From: a virus
Taxonomy: Duplodnaviria > Heunggongvirae > Uroviricota > Caudoviricetes
Virus record (IMG/VR): IMGVR_UViG_3300028833_000069
DNA: 64,000 bases
Reading direction: 5' to 3' (one strand)
Notes under the pieces: generated by a model
The model's database searches: none
Seen by the model: the letters and a program-made list of their open reading frames with translations, nothing else
What the model was told of the DNA's origin: nothing
Shown: positions 27,909 through 39,200 of the stretch, piece after piece
Numbering within the stretch: position 1 is the stretch's first letter
Layout of the letters: each line of letters begins with the position of its first letter
Translations under genes and position numbers: made by a program

Positions 27909-28618
27909 CACAATTTGAAAAAAACTTAGCAGAATGCTATCAATATGTAAGAGCATTAAATGCTTCAGTATATGCTATACCTACTTTCAAGATTGCAAAT
28001 TGTAATGCTCTGTATTTTCAAGTAAAGAAACAAGGAAATGTTTATGAATTTCCATTGTTTTTATATGGTTCTTGGAAAGTATTTAAATCTAATTACAATA
28101 ATTTATCATCTGATAGATTGATAATGAGAGCTTCTTTTAATAAAGATAATCCTATAACAATATCTGCTAATACCTCTCTTCTTACTTATATGAATAATAA
28201 GTATAGAGCAGACTATAATTTAGTATGTTTAAAGTTAGGAGATAAATTCTTTTATGTAGCTCCAGGTTTAATTTTAGATGAAAATCTTAATATACTGTTT
28301 ATGTATACCATTAAAGTACCTACTGGAGATATTACTGTTTATATAAACAATTCTTTATATAAAAATAGTGATACCTTCAGTAAGATGCTTACTGGAAAAG
28401 CTTTTTCATATTTAGCAGTAAATAGTGTAAGTACAGAGGATTTTGGATTTACTATCCCTAAAATTGTGGTTAGTGATGATATAAATGAATTTCTTGTACT
28501 ACCTAATAAAGAACTTAAAAAAGATTCTATTGATGAGTTTGAAGCTAAATGTAACAAACTTATCAGAGAAAATTTTATGACAGCTTTTAATTTAAAATAT
28601 CCAAGTGCACAAGATTAA
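27905..28618 (+). CDS. hypothetical protein coupled to E1
   Basis: 237-aa ORF, ATGA overlap with the E1 stop. Confidence 0.7.
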   Translation: MTQFEKNLAECYQYVRALNASVYAIPTFKIANCNALYFQVKKQGNVYEFPLFLYGSWKVFKSNYNNLSSDRLIMRASFNKDNPITISANTSLLTYMNNKYRADYNLVCLKLGDKFFYVAPGLILDENLNILFMYTIKVPTGDITVYINNSLYKNSDTFSKMLTGKAFSYLAVNSVSTEDFGFTIPKIVVSDDINEFLVLPNKELKKDSIDEFEAKCNKLIRENFMTAFNLKYPSAQD

Positions 28619-29054
28619 ACACAGTGGTAATAAAAAAGTTAAAAATGCTGTAGCTAAAACATATTCAGGAATACAATTTAAATCCCTCCTCGAAGTAAAA
28701 ATCTTTAAAGCTTTACAAGAGGCGGGATTTAATCCTGATTATGAACAAAACAAATTTACTATTTGGAATGGATTTAAACCATCTGTTAAATTCTTTGACA
28801 GAGATAAACAAAGTGGAGTATTAAAGTTACAGGAAAAGAAAATCTTACCTATAACATATACTCCAGATATAACATTTTTTCATAAAGGAAAGATGATTAT
28901 TATTGAAGTTAAAGGATTTGAAACAGATGTGTTTTTAATTAAGAGAAAGCTTTTTAGAGGATATTTAGAAGCTAATAAGATAGATTGCTTGTATTTTCAG
29001 ATATATGATAGTTTAACATTACAACAGGCAATAGCTATTATTAAAAGTTTATGA
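28605..29054 (+). CDS. PD-(D/E)XK endonuclease (DUF1064/resolvase-like)
   Basis: FKSLLE, YTPDITF, IIEVKG. Confidence 0.8.
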   Translation: MHKIKHSGNKKVKNAVAKTYSGIQFKSLLEVKIFKALQEAGFNPDYEQNKFTIWNGFKPSVKFFDRDKQSGVLKLQEKKILPITYTPDITFFHKGKMIIIEVKGFETDVFLIKRKLFRGYLEANKIDCLYFQIYDSLTLQQAIAIIKSL

Positions 29055-30097
29055 GCAAATCTCTTTATGACATTTCATGGCAAGTAAGTGAACTAGAGTA
29101 TAGAAATGATCCTGCATTAAGTTATTCAACTATTGCAAAATTTGATAGAAGTGGTTTTGATCAACTATCTCACTTGTTTGAACAACAAGAATCAGCATCT
29201 CTTACATTTGGTAGTGCTGTTGATTCTATTATAACAGGTGGTATGCAAGAGTTCAATAATAGATTTGCAGTATGTAACTTTGCACAAGTTTCGCCAGCAA
29301 TACAAAGTATTGTTGATTTCTTATTTGGTAAATATCATGAAATGTATCAATCCTTACAAGACATTCCAGTTGATGAGATTCTTGTAGTAATTAAGAATTT
29401 TGATTATCAAAGAAATTGGAATGATAATAGTAGGATTAACTCAATTATTCAAAAAGGTTCTGAATACTATAATGCATTGAGAAGTGCATTTGGTAAAGAA
29501 GCGATCAATCAAGAAACCTTTGATGAAGTATTATCCACAGTAAGAGCTTTAAAAGAAAGTCCACAGACTAAATGGTATTTTAGAGCTAATAGCATTACTG
29601 AGGATGTTGATAGGCTTTATCAACTAAAATTTAAGGCAAATATTGATGGTGTAGATTACAGGTGCATGGCTGACTTAATTGTTGTTGATTATGAACATAA
29701 AGTAATCTATCCAGTAGATTTAAAAACTAGTAGTAAACCAGAATATGAATTCTATAAGAGTTTTATTCAATGGAGCTACAACCAACAAGCTAGACTTTAC
29801 TGGCTTATTATTAGGAAGAATCTAGATGCAGATCCTTTCTTTAAGGATTTTGTTCTTGATGATTATAGATTTATTGTTGCTAACAAGAAAACACTTACTC
29901 CACTTGTTTGGAAATATAGTGATACTCAAAAAAGAGGAACTCTTATATATGGTATGAATCATAATATAGTGCTGAGAGATCCACTTGAGGTTGGTAAAGA
30001 ACTTTATAATTATCTTGAAAATCATCCTGATGTACCACAAGGTATAAATAAAGAAGGAGATAATGATATTATTGAATGGCTTAATAAGTTACCATGA
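29051..30097 (+). CDS. PD-(D/E)XK exonuclease (RecE/ExoVIII-like)
   Basis: LSYSTI, FGSAVD, CMADL...VDLKTS, YNQQARLY. Confidence 0.78.
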   Translation: MSKSLYDISWQVSELEYRNDPALSYSTIAKFDRSGFDQLSHLFEQQESASLTFGSAVDSIITGGMQEFNNRFAVCNFAQVSPAIQSIVDFLFGKYHEMYQSLQDIPVDEILVVIKNFDYQRNWNDNSRINSIIQKGSEYYNALRSAFGKEAINQETFDEVLSTVRALKESPQTKWYFRANSITEDVDRLYQLKFKANIDGVDYRCMADLIVVDYEHKVIYPVDLKTSSKPEYEFYKSFIQWSYNQQARLYWLIIRKNLDADPFFKDFVLDDYRFIVANKKTLTPLVWKYSDTQKRGTLIYGMNHNIVLRDPLEVGKELYNYLENHPDVPQGINKEGDNDIIEWLNKLP

Positions 30098-32319
30098 GTA
30101 AACTAAAGGTTATTAAAAGGGATGGTACTCTTGTGGATTTTGATGCAAATAGAGTTAAAAATGCCATTCAAGCTGCTGTTGATTCAACTGGTCAGTTTTT
30201 TCCAAAAGCAATTATAACAAGATTTGCAAATGATTTGGAAAATAAAATTTGTAATAATTGTGATTATATTACTGTAGAGCAAATACAAGATGAAGTTGAG
30301 TATTGGCTCATGAAACATAATCAAATTGTTGCAAAATCTTATATTTTGTATAGAGCTGAACATAATGTTATAAGGGATTATACCCTTAATAAAATGAAGT
30401 TCATACAGAAATATAAGAAATCTAGTAATACTGCAAATGCAACTATTGATGACAATAGTAATGTAGGTAATAAGAATATTGGTGTATTAAATGCAGAGAT
30501 TCATAAGGAAGATAACTTACAAATATCTAGAGCAATGATAATGAGTAAGTTAAAAGAATTATATCCTACATTTGATCCAAAACAATATGTTAGGGATTTA
30601 AAACATCATATCATATATAAACATGATGAGAATTCTTTTGCTGGTGCTATTGCTCCATATTGTTGTAGTATTACAATGTATCCATTCTTAACTAGTGGTA
30701 TAAAAGGCATAGGTGGGTTGAGTGCAGCTCCAAAGAATATTGATTCTTTCTGTGGAATGTATGTAAATCTTATATTTGCTACTAGTTCTATGTTTGCAGG
30801 TGCTGTTGCTACTTCAGAATTTTTATTATATTTCACTTATTTTGCTAAGAAAGAGTGGGGTGAAGAATTCTGGAAAAATCCTGATTTGGTTGTATCAATA
30901 AATAGCAATAAAGAAAAAACAATAAGAAAACAAATTCACCAATACTGGCAGCAGGTTATATATTCAATCAATCAACCAGCTGCTGCAAGAGGTATGCAAT
31001 CTGCTTTTATAAATTTCTCTTATTTTGACAAACCTTTCTTTGAAGGTATGTTTGGAGATTTTATGTTTCCAGATGGTACAAAACCTGATTGGGAATCATT
31101 GTGTTGGATTCAAAAAGAATTTATGCAATGGTTTAATAATGAAAGACTTAGATGTGTATTAACTTTTCCTGTAGAAAGTTTTGCATTAGTCTTTAGAGAT
31201 GGTGAATTTGTTGATAAAGATTCTGCTGAATTTGTAGCACAAGAATATGCTAGAGGTCACAGTTTCTTTACTTATATTAGTGACACTGTTGATAGTTTAA
31301 GTTCATGTTGCAGATTGAAAAATATGATAACTACAAAAGAGTTCAATTTTACAAACGGTAACATGGGTGTACAGACTGGAAGTAAAAGTGTCATCACATT
31401 AAATATCAATAGAATATTACAGGATTTTTTTATTGATTTTATACCTTCTGATGGAGAGGAGACAGTTGTAGAAGAAAGGTGGAAAAATTCTAGAATTTGG
31501 TATAAAGAAAATCCAGAAGAATTTAAAAAATACTTTACTTTACATTTGTCTGAAATCCTAGAAAGAGTTTTTATGTATCAAGTGGCATATAATGAATTGC
31601 TGTGGGATATGTATAACTCTAACTTATTACCTGTTTATAAAGCAGGTTTTATTGATTTAAACAAACAGTATCTTACATTAGGTATAAACGGTTTAAATCA
31701 AGCAGCTGAATTTTTAGGAATTAAATGTAATAATAATGTAGATTATAAGAATTTCTGTAATCTTATTTTTAGTACATTTAAGAACTTTAATGCAGCTCAT
31801 AATGGTAAATATTTTGGTCATAAAGTAACACTTAATACAGAATGTGTACCTGCTGAAAGTTTGGCTATTAAGAATTATAATTGGGATAAAGAGGATGGTT
31901 ATTGGGTTCCAAAAGATACCAACCTTTATGCAAGTTATATATTTAAGCCAAATGATAATGAAATATCTGTTCTTGATAAAATGATAATGCATGGTAAAGA
32001 TTTTTCTGCTAGTTCTCTTGATGGTGGACAAGCAGCACATTTAAATCTTGATAAGCATTTATCTGTAGAACAGTATAGGAAACTTCTTACTTTTGCAGGT
32101 AAGGTTGGATGTAGTTATTTTACATTCAACATACCAAACTGTGAGTGTGAAGACTGTGGTTTTATTGCAAAACAGCCTTTTGAAAAATGTCCTAAATGTG
32201 GTAGTACTAATACTGCATTATGGGATAGAGTGATTGGTTACTTAACCAAAATTAAAAACTGGTCAGAAGGTAGACAGATTGAGCAGAAAACCAGAGTATA
32301 TTCCAAAGAAATACAATGA
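30094..32319 (+). CDS. nrdD: anaerobic (class III) ribonucleoside-triphosphate reductase with ATP cone
   Basis: VIKRDG ATP cone; SSCCRL finger loop; VPAESL; CEDC...CPKC zinc site; RVIGYL glycyl radical. Confidence 0.93.
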   Translation: MSKLKVIKRDGTLVDFDANRVKNAIQAAVDSTGQFFPKAIITRFANDLENKICNNCDYITVEQIQDEVEYWLMKHNQIVAKSYILYRAEHNVIRDYTLNKMKFIQKYKKSSNTANATIDDNSNVGNKNIGVLNAEIHKEDNLQISRAMIMSKLKELYPTFDPKQYVRDLKHHIIYKHDENSFAGAIAPYCCSITMYPFLTSGIKGIGGLSAAPKNIDSFCGMYVNLIFATSSMFAGAVATSEFLLYFTYFAKKEWGEEFWKNPDLVVSINSNKEKTIRKQIHQYWQQVIYSINQPAAARGMQSAFINFSYFDKPFFEGMFGDFMFPDGTKPDWESLCWIQKEFMQWFNNERLRCVLTFPVESFALVFRDGEFVDKDSAEFVAQEYARGHSFFTYISDTVDSLSSCCRLKNMITTKEFNFTNGNMGVQTGSKSVITLNINRILQDFFIDFIPSDGEETVVEERWKNSRIWYKENPEEFKKYFTLHLSEILERVFMYQVAYNELLWDMYNSNLLPVYKAGFIDLNKQYLTLGINGLNQAAEFLGIKCNNNVDYKNFCNLIFSTFKNFNAAHNGKYFGHKVTLNTECVPAESLAIKNYNWDKEDGYWVPKDTNLYASYIFKPNDNEISVLDKMIMHGKDFSASSLDGGQAAHLNLDKHLSVEQYRKLLTFAGKVGCSYFTFNIPNCECEDCGFIAKQPFEKCPKCGSTNTALWDRVIGYLTKIKNWSEGRQIEQKTRVYSKEIQ

Positions 32320-32954
32320 AACAAGGTATAAATTTCTCAAATCTTAAAACTACTACTAGAAATATTTTCTTTACATCAGACTTACATCTTAATCATGAAA
32401 ATATCATAGGTTGGTGTGGTAGACCCTTCAAAGATGTAGAGGAAATGAATCAAGCAATAATTGATAATTGGAACAGAGTTGTTGGTAAAAATGACATTGT
32501 TTTTGATTTGGGAGATTTTTGCTTTGGTGGTAGTGCTGAATGGAAAAAGTTTACTGAATCTTTAAATGGTATTCATGTATTGATACCAGGTAATCATGAT
32601 TGGAAAAACAAGTGTTTTAAACACAAAGATTTCTTTTATGAAGTAAGGAGTCAGTATTTTGTAACCATTGATGGGCAACAAATATGGTTATCTCATTTTC
32701 CATTCAGAGTATGGTCAGGTAAGGAGAGAGGTGTATGGAATCTACATGGACATGTACATCTTTCTACTTATAAAAATACAGGTATAGATTATGAAGCAAT
32801 GAAAGAAGCTTCTCCTACTCAATATGATGTAGGAACTGATTGGCATCAATTTACACCTGTAAGCTTCCAACAAGTTAAGGAAGCAATAGAAAGACAAATT
32901 AAAGATAATACAAATCAAGCTTTAATCTATGCTAGCATTAAAAGTATGGAATGA
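32316..32954 (+). CDS. metallophosphoesterase
   Basis: FTSDLHLNH, LGDF, PGNHD, SHFP, LHGHVH. Confidence 0.9.
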   Translation: MKQGINFSNLKTTTRNIFFTSDLHLNHENIIGWCGRPFKDVEEMNQAIIDNWNRVVGKNDIVFDLGDFCFGGSAEWKKFTESLNGIHVLIPGNHDWKNKCFKHKDFFYEVRSQYFVTIDGQQIWLSHFPFRVWSGKERGVWNLHGHVHLSTYKNTGIDYEAMKEASPTQYDVGTDWHQFTPVSFQQVKEAIERQIKDNTNQALIYASIKSME

Positions 32955-33153
32955 ACTTCCTGAAGCTAAAAGATTACAGATAGTAAGTCATATATTTCCA
33001 GCAGCTTTGCCAGAAGATATTAAATTGATGGCAAGAGAATTTCATCATGATTTTAAATACGAAGGTCCTGATGGAAATGGAAATGTTGTTAGATCTATAT
33101 TATCTAGTATATATGCATCTACAGGAGGATTAAAAGTAGTAATATATGTCTAA
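32929..33153 (+). CDS. small hypothetical protein
   Basis: 74-aa ORF overlapping both neighbours. Confidence 0.55.
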   Translation: MLALKVWNELPEAKRLQIVSHIFPAALPEDIKLMAREFHHDFKYEGPDGNGNVVRSILSSIYASTGGLKVVIYV

Positions 33154-33388
33154 ACAAAATTTTGATGGAACTGTTGTTGTTCTTGATTTTAGAAGTGAGA
33201 GTATAGATCTCATTCATTTCAAGAAAGAAGATGTTCACAATGGTGATTTTGATTCATTACTAATGGATTATGGCTATGATTTAGATATGATTAAATATAT
33301 GGTAACTAATGAGGCAAGAGTAAGCAAATACTGGTTTGCTGATGGAGGTTACTTAGGTCATTTCAAAAATTATAGGAGTTATTATTGA
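33146..33388 (+). CDS. small hypothetical protein
   Basis: 80-aa ORF, ATGA-coupled to nrdG. Confidence 0.6.
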   Translation: MSKQNFDGTVVVLDFRSESIDLIHFKKEDVHNGDFDSLLMDYGYDLDMIKYMVTNEARVSKYWFADGGYLGHFKNYRSYY

Positions 33389-33915
33389 TGAACCAAGTTA
33401 AATATACAGAAGCTGTTGTAAGTTTTTCTGAAGTTCCAGATGAAATTTCTCTTTGTATAAATATCTCTAATTGTCCATTTAAATGTCCTGGATGTCATTC
33501 TCCATATTTACAAGAGGATATTGGTATGTTATTAACAGAAGCTAAACTAAATGAGTTAATAACTACTAATCCAGGCATTACTTGTGTTTGTTTTATGGGT
33601 GGTGATAGATCACCTAAAAGGATAAATCATCTTTTACAATTTGTAAAGGAAGAGTATGATTTGAAAACTGCTTGGTATAGTGGTGCTGAAAAACTAAATT
33701 CTCATGTACATTTTTCTAATCTTAATTATTTTAAATTAGGACCTTATAGGAAAGAGTTGGGGGGTTTAGATAAGTATCCTTTAACTAATCAAAGAATGTA
33801 TCAAATTGATCCAGCACATCAAGATAATCCATTTGGAGCAGTATATATACAAAAAGACATAACAAAAAAGTTTGTACATAACAATGAAGATATTAGTAAA
33901 GACACAAAACCCTAA
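33385..33915 (+). CDS. nrdG: anaerobic RNR activating enzyme
   Basis: FSEVPDEISL, CPFKCPGCHS, FMGGD, GPY, NQRMY. Confidence 0.9.
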   Translation: MMNQVKYTEAVVSFSEVPDEISLCINISNCPFKCPGCHSPYLQEDIGMLLTEAKLNELITTNPGITCVCFMGGDRSPKRINHLLQFVKEEYDLKTAWYSGAEKLNSHVHFSNLNYFKLGPYRKELGGLDKYPLTNQRMYQIDPAHQDNPFGAVYIQKDITKKFVHNNEDISKDTKP

Positions 33916-34375
33916 ATTATTACCTAGACTCATTGATAAAGGAGATTGGGTAGACCTTTGCAGTGCAGAGGAAGTAAAACTTGAAGCCCCAACTGCTAAA
34001 GATGGTAAGGTAGTATTTAGTAAGAAACTAATTTCCCTTGGTGTGGCAATGCAGTTGCCACCTGGATTTGAAGCAGTTGTTGTCCCTAGAAGTAGCACCT
34101 TTAGTAAGTTTAAAGTTCTACTTGCTAATAGCTTTGGTGTGATAGACAACACTTATTGTGGTAGCAATGACATATGGGCATTCAATGCCATTGCATTTGA
34201 TAAGACTGTCATTCATAAAGGTGACAGAATTTGTCAATTTAAAGTTCAATTAAGTCAGAAAGCAACTTGGTTACAAAAACTTAAATGGTTGTTTGATAGC
34301 AAAGTTGAATTTGTTCCTGTTGAAGAACTGCAAAATCCAGATAGACACGGGTTTGGTAGTACAGGAACTAAATGA
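33884..34375 (+). CDS. dut: trimeric dUTPase
   Basis: DLCSA, PRSS, GVIDNTYCG, RICQ, RHGFGSTG; start taken as MKILVK. Confidence 0.92.
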   Translation: MKILVKTQNPKLLPRLIDKGDWVDLCSAEEVKLEAPTAKDGKVVFSKKLISLGVAMQLPPGFEAVVVPRSSTFSKFKVLLANSFGVIDNTYCGSNDIWAFNAIAFDKTVIHKGDRICQFKVQLSQKATWLQKLKWLFDSKVEFVPVEELQNPDRHGFGSTGTK

Positions 34376-34650
34376 AAAATGAACAAGTAAAAGAGATTAT
34401 TCAATTACCTTCTAGGTATCCTAATGTGGATAATCATCTTATTCCTGTAAGTAAAAATAGGTATAAGTTCTATACATCAGGTCAGTTCTATAGATTTGGT
34501 CCTAGCGAAGGAAATCCTTTTATTTTGGAATTTATTGACCCAGAAGGTGGTCCATTTATTGCAAAAGGATATAGAATTAGTGATAAGGAAGAAATCAAAG
34601 AAATAGTACAAGATATGACAGGAACTTATATTCTAACTGAAGATGTTTAA
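34372..34650 (+). CDS. hypothetical protein
   Basis: 92-aa ORF, ATGA overlap with dut. Confidence 0.65.
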   Translation: MKNEQVKEIIQLPSRYPNVDNHLIPVSKNRYKFYTSGQFYRFGPSEGNPFILEFIDPEGGPFIAKGYRISDKEEIKEIVQDMTGTYILTEDV

Positions 34651-34727
34651 TATTGCTGAGTAATTTATAAGTTTTTGAAGAGTAATTTGGTATTTTAATC
34701 AGTAGTACTAACATTTTTATTTAGGAT

Positions 34728-35885
34728 ATGATAATTAGAACTACTTATCTTGCAAGAATAAACAATAAAGGTAAATTACAACTTGCTATGGTTCAGCTGG
34801 ATAGAAATGAAAGTACATACAGTGTATATAGAACTACATGGCAAGTACATGGTAAAGAAAGGGAATATAATCCTTTGTTTATCAATAAAGGTAGAAACAG
34901 TAATTATATAGTCAGGGAGGCATTTCACTTATATGAACTTTGTATAAGACAATATGTCCACCTTGGCTATGTAAGACTGGAAGACCTTACAGAAAAAACA
35001 ATTGAACAGTTAAAGGAAGATGAATTAAATGATTTACTCAATAATTATGAGGAACCAACAATAAAACTTCCAAGACTTGTTAGACCTATTAGTTGGGAAG
35101 AAGTAGCAACTAGTACTATGGATAGAGAATGGTACTGGACATATAGAATTCCTGGCATTAGGTGTCTCATCTTTGTTAAAGATGGTAAAGTAGTAGTTAA
35201 GACTGATTATCATGTATATCTACATAAAACAGTGCAACATCTTCTTTCAGAAGATTTAATTGCAATGTTTCAAAAAGAACCTGAATTGGCTCTTGATTGT
35301 ATGATATATAGTCATGAACCTAAAAGTAGTAGAGACTATTTAGTAAAACTTATTAGAGCTTCTGAATGGTCTGAAGAATGTAAAGATTTACATTTATATG
35401 TGTGTGACTATATTTCTGATAATTCATTAGAGGAAAGAATAGAACATTTACAAAACCTTTTTAAAGAGATTACAAATCCTATGATACATCTTGTAGAATG
35501 GGATACTTTAGAAGGTTACTACTTAATCAGTTCAAAGACAAGAAAAGCTATTAAAGAAGGTTATCCAGGTTTATGGTTAAAGTCAAATAGAGAATATGGT
35601 GGAGGTAGAAAATCAGCATTCCTTTATGTTGAAACTGAACGCTATAGAACTAGAACTTATGTCATTAAACAATATACTGGAAATGACTTTGTTAAAATAG
35701 ATAATAGTTATAATAATTATTTCTATGCTAAAATAGCAGGACCTTGTAATTTTAATGTTGACTATTATAAAGAACATCCTAATGAATTAGTAGGTAAACA
35801 AGTATTGTTAGCTTTTCAAGAGTTAAATAATGGTATACCAACAAATCCAATAGTTTGGCATTTAAATGACAAAAGAGAGACTTGA
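34728..35885 (+). CDS. ATP-dependent DNA ligase-like protein with degenerate catalytic motifs
   Basis: Ligase motif order retained but altered: YRIPGIRC (vs KxDGxR), LDCMIY (vs DGE), YVCDY, GYPGLWLK (vs EG), YGGGRKS. Confidence 0.6.
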   Translation: MIIRTTYLARINNKGKLQLAMVQLDRNESTYSVYRTTWQVHGKEREYNPLFINKGRNSNYIVREAFHLYELCIRQYVHLGYVRLEDLTEKTIEQLKEDELNDLLNNYEEPTIKLPRLVRPISWEEVATSTMDREWYWTYRIPGIRCLIFVKDGKVVVKTDYHVYLHKTVQHLLSEDLIAMFQKEPELALDCMIYSHEPKSSRDYLVKLIRASEWSEECKDLHLYVCDYISDNSLEERIEHLQNLFKEITNPMIHLVEWDTLEGYYLISSKTRKAIKEGYPGLWLKSNREYGGGRKSAFLYVETERYRTRTYVIKQYTGNDFVKIDNSYNNYFYAKIAGPCNFNVDYYKEHPNELVGKQVLLAFQELNNGIPTNPIVWHLNDKRET

Positions 35886-36117
35886 ACAAATAATTTGGGC
35901 TAATCCTATTACATTAGAAATAGCCACTGAACTAATTATGGAGTTTTGTGAGAAACATATCCATAGAATTCCTAATAGTCAGGAATTACAGATCTTATTA
36001 AGACTAGGACAGTATATTAACTGGAACTGGTTAATGTGTCAGGTAGCTGAATTAAATGGCTATCAACTTATTACTATAACTAAGGATAATTTGGTAGTTG
36101 CCAGATACCTACAATAA
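35866..36117 (+). CDS. hypothetical protein, last gene of the + arm
   Basis: 83-aa ORF ending at the terminator. Confidence 0.65.
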   Translation: MTKERLEQIIWANPITLEIATELIMEFCEKHIHRIPNSQELQILLRLGQYINWNWLMCQVAELNGYQLITITKDNLVVARYLQ

Positions 36118-36178
36118 TAAAAAGACCCCCTGCATAAGAGACCTTATTTGGTTTCCTATGTCAGGGGGTTATTTTTTT
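36116..36178. terminator. bidirectional terminator at the convergence of the two arms
   Basis: A-tract, ACCCCCTG...CAGGGGGT outer stem extended by inner helices, T7 tract. Confidence 0.85.
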
Positions 36179-36203
36179 CCTAGATTAGAGATGGAGGTTG
36201 GGG

Positions 36204-39200
36204 TTAATCTCCCCAGCTCCAATCTTTTGCAGCACCTATTCTTTTATTCATCCAATCTTGTAAATCAATTTCTTTGTCATCATCAAATGCTACAAATAAA
36301 TCATTTTGTAGATTAACAAGAGTTGTATAGAATCCAGGTTCCCAGCTCAATCCTGTCAAACCATGAGGACCAACATCATCAAGTGCTCTAACAAGAGTTC
36401 TTTCAAATGGGTTCATGTCTGACATTTTGTTAGTTCCTCCAGAGAAGATAAGTCTAAGAATATAATACAATAGCAAACCAATAAGAATATCATGTAAACC
36501 TAATTTAAGGTTAGCAAGTCTTTGTTTGTTATTCATTATCTCGGAAAAGTTTAAGTGATAAAGGTCTCTTATAGTTGACATGATAGAAGCAAAAATACCT
36601 TCTATATAGTCTCCTTGCCATACATATTGTGGCTCAAGAGTACCACCTTCATTATCTTCTACTAAAGTAACTTGCAGTTCACCATTAGCAAGTTCTGTAA
36701 TTTTTCTGTATTGAGTCTTTCCATCAATTACTAATGGAACAAACTGACCTTGTGAGGTTGATTGACCAGCTACTCTTGGTTTACCTTTAAACCACAAACT
36801 AAATTTTGCAGTCCAGAAGGCCATGAACTGTTTCCAGATAAGACCAATAGCCATGTGGTCAATCAGAGATTTTGTTTCATGGTCATAATAACCATAAACA
36901 GAATCAGAGAATTCCTTGAGAGATGCTGCTTGTCTATTAGTATAAGCTCTTGGCAGAGGTAATAGTTTACCATCAGAAGAAGTCATTTGATAACCATTCT
37001 GGGTAAACTCATCAGCCATTGCTCTATAAAGAGCTTTCTCTTCAAGATATTTAGCATCGGTACTTGTAGAATTAAGACCAATTCTATTTAGTGTAGCAAA
37101 TCTTTTATCTTTTGTAAAATCATACTTGAGAACTCCATTTTCATCAAATGAATGAGCATCAAGTACTCCATCATGTATCATCTTTGCTATAAACAAAATC
37201 ATTCTATTATAGTAATCAGGAGCAATAGAGTTAATAAACATATAGTTACTAAATTGGTTAGTAAGTCCTGTTTTATTAAGAGTTTGTTTTTGTACTATAG
37301 AAGAAATATCTTGGTTAGCAATACCATACATAATGTTGATTTGCTCACAAAGAGAAAAGTCTGCAATATCACCATTTCCTCCAGCAGCATTTAAGTACTT
37401 CTTACCAGATTGGCCATATACAAATCCAGCAGCTTTTGCTAAATCAGCAGCATCAAATTCTTGAGAAGTACCTTTCATTGCCCAAAGTCTAGCACAGTTA
37501 CTAAATGTACCAAATGTGATTTCCTTTAAGAATGAAAGTGGTCTAAGTGACAATACTAAGTAACTGTTAAGTTTCTTAGCAACACTCATTACCTTTGCTG
37601 CGCCTTGAACTTCTTTTGGTAAGATAGTCTGGTCTTTAATTGAGATGTTTATCTGCTTATCAATAGCATCAAGTTCTTCAGAAAATGTTGCACCACCAGA
37701 AGCTCTGTAATAATGCATTACTGTTGCTACTGCTTCTACATGTAACAAGACTTCATCAAAGTATCTTTTTCTAATTGTTTGATATGCCATATCAGCAGCA
37801 AGGAAATTAAGATTGATTTCAAAGTCATGTTTACCTTCCTTCTCAATCCAACTTTGTCTTGCTCTACCTGTAATGTCATAAGCATTATACATTTGAATAG
37901 AGTCTTCTCCAAGTTGTCTATCTATTTCAGCAGATACATCTGCATGTACACCTCTTAAATCAAAATCATCCCTAAGGTTCTACCAAGCTTTATTAAAGAA
38001 ATTCATCCAGCCAATATGACCAATGTTTCTCATTCTGTTGAAATCAGAGCCTCTTCTTAAAGGTAATTCAAAGTAAGTATCCTTTGATTGGGCATCTCTA
38101 ACTTGTTCAAGATTATCAATCTCAGTTTCATTACCTTTGTAAGCCATTGTTTGATATTTGAGGTCAAGACCTTTAATTCTCCACTTGTTAATTTCCCAAA
38201 GAATCTCTTTAAGGAACTACTTATCTCTTGGGTCCATATTGGTTTCAGAGTAAGGATTTTTTAGAAGCAAGCTATCTGCTAAATCTCCTTCCCCATCTTT
38301 TACCATTAAAGATTGCCAAATTGGATATGTATCATTCCAAGCAAGTCTATCCATTTGAGATTTATTCCATCTATCTTTCAGATAATCAAGACAAATTCTG
38401 TTAACATTATTTGCTTGTTTAAAGAATTCTTCTCTTAACTTATCATAAGCAGCTCTATAGAAAAGAGCAATGTTCTCCATGTTTTGTGATGGAGAAGCAG
38501 AAGGAGTAGTTGAAATAAGTCCTTGTAATGGACCAGCAAATGAATTTTGATTAGCAACTACTGCACCACCAATCAATCTAAATATATCAGTTACATTGAT
38601 TCCCCAAGTACTCACTTTACCATTAAATTGTACATCAGCATTTCTGTAATGTAACAATGCATTAGCAAGTAAGAAATAAACTTGAGATACAGGTGTGGTA
38701 AATGTTCTAGCAGTTGTTATATTCTCATGTTTTAACTCTTGAGGATAAGCCCTTCTGAGTTTCTTCATGAGGTCTTCAATCTTTGCTATCTTTTGATTCT
38801 TCTCTAAGTTAGAAGTTGGTATAGAAGTCATAATCTTATGAACTTCTTCATCTTCTTTTACATTAGCAAGAATAGTATCAAGTTCAGATAACAATAACTG
38901 CCAATCATCAGCTACAACAATATCTTGTGCAAAGTGATTCGTAATGTTCTCACCTTTATTGTTAGCAGCTTTAATCAAGTAATCAAAGTTACTCTTTAGT
39001 TGTGCTAATACAGGAACATCAGATTGTCCTTCATAGTTGTTGATTACTTTAATAAGACCAATCTTCTTATTTCTAAAGATATTAGGATTCTTATCAGTAA
39101 TAACATTTAATGTAACTAACAATTTGATATATTCCATGTTCTCAGTTGTAGAAGGCATTGCTTCAACGCCAACTAATCTTCTTACTTGGTCATTACTATA

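Noticed and set aside
11992-32319. Inteins or introns in PolB, DnaB-like helicase, primase or NrdD
   Set aside because: Lengths are normal, motifs are contiguous, and there are no C/S...HN splice signatures or group I core words
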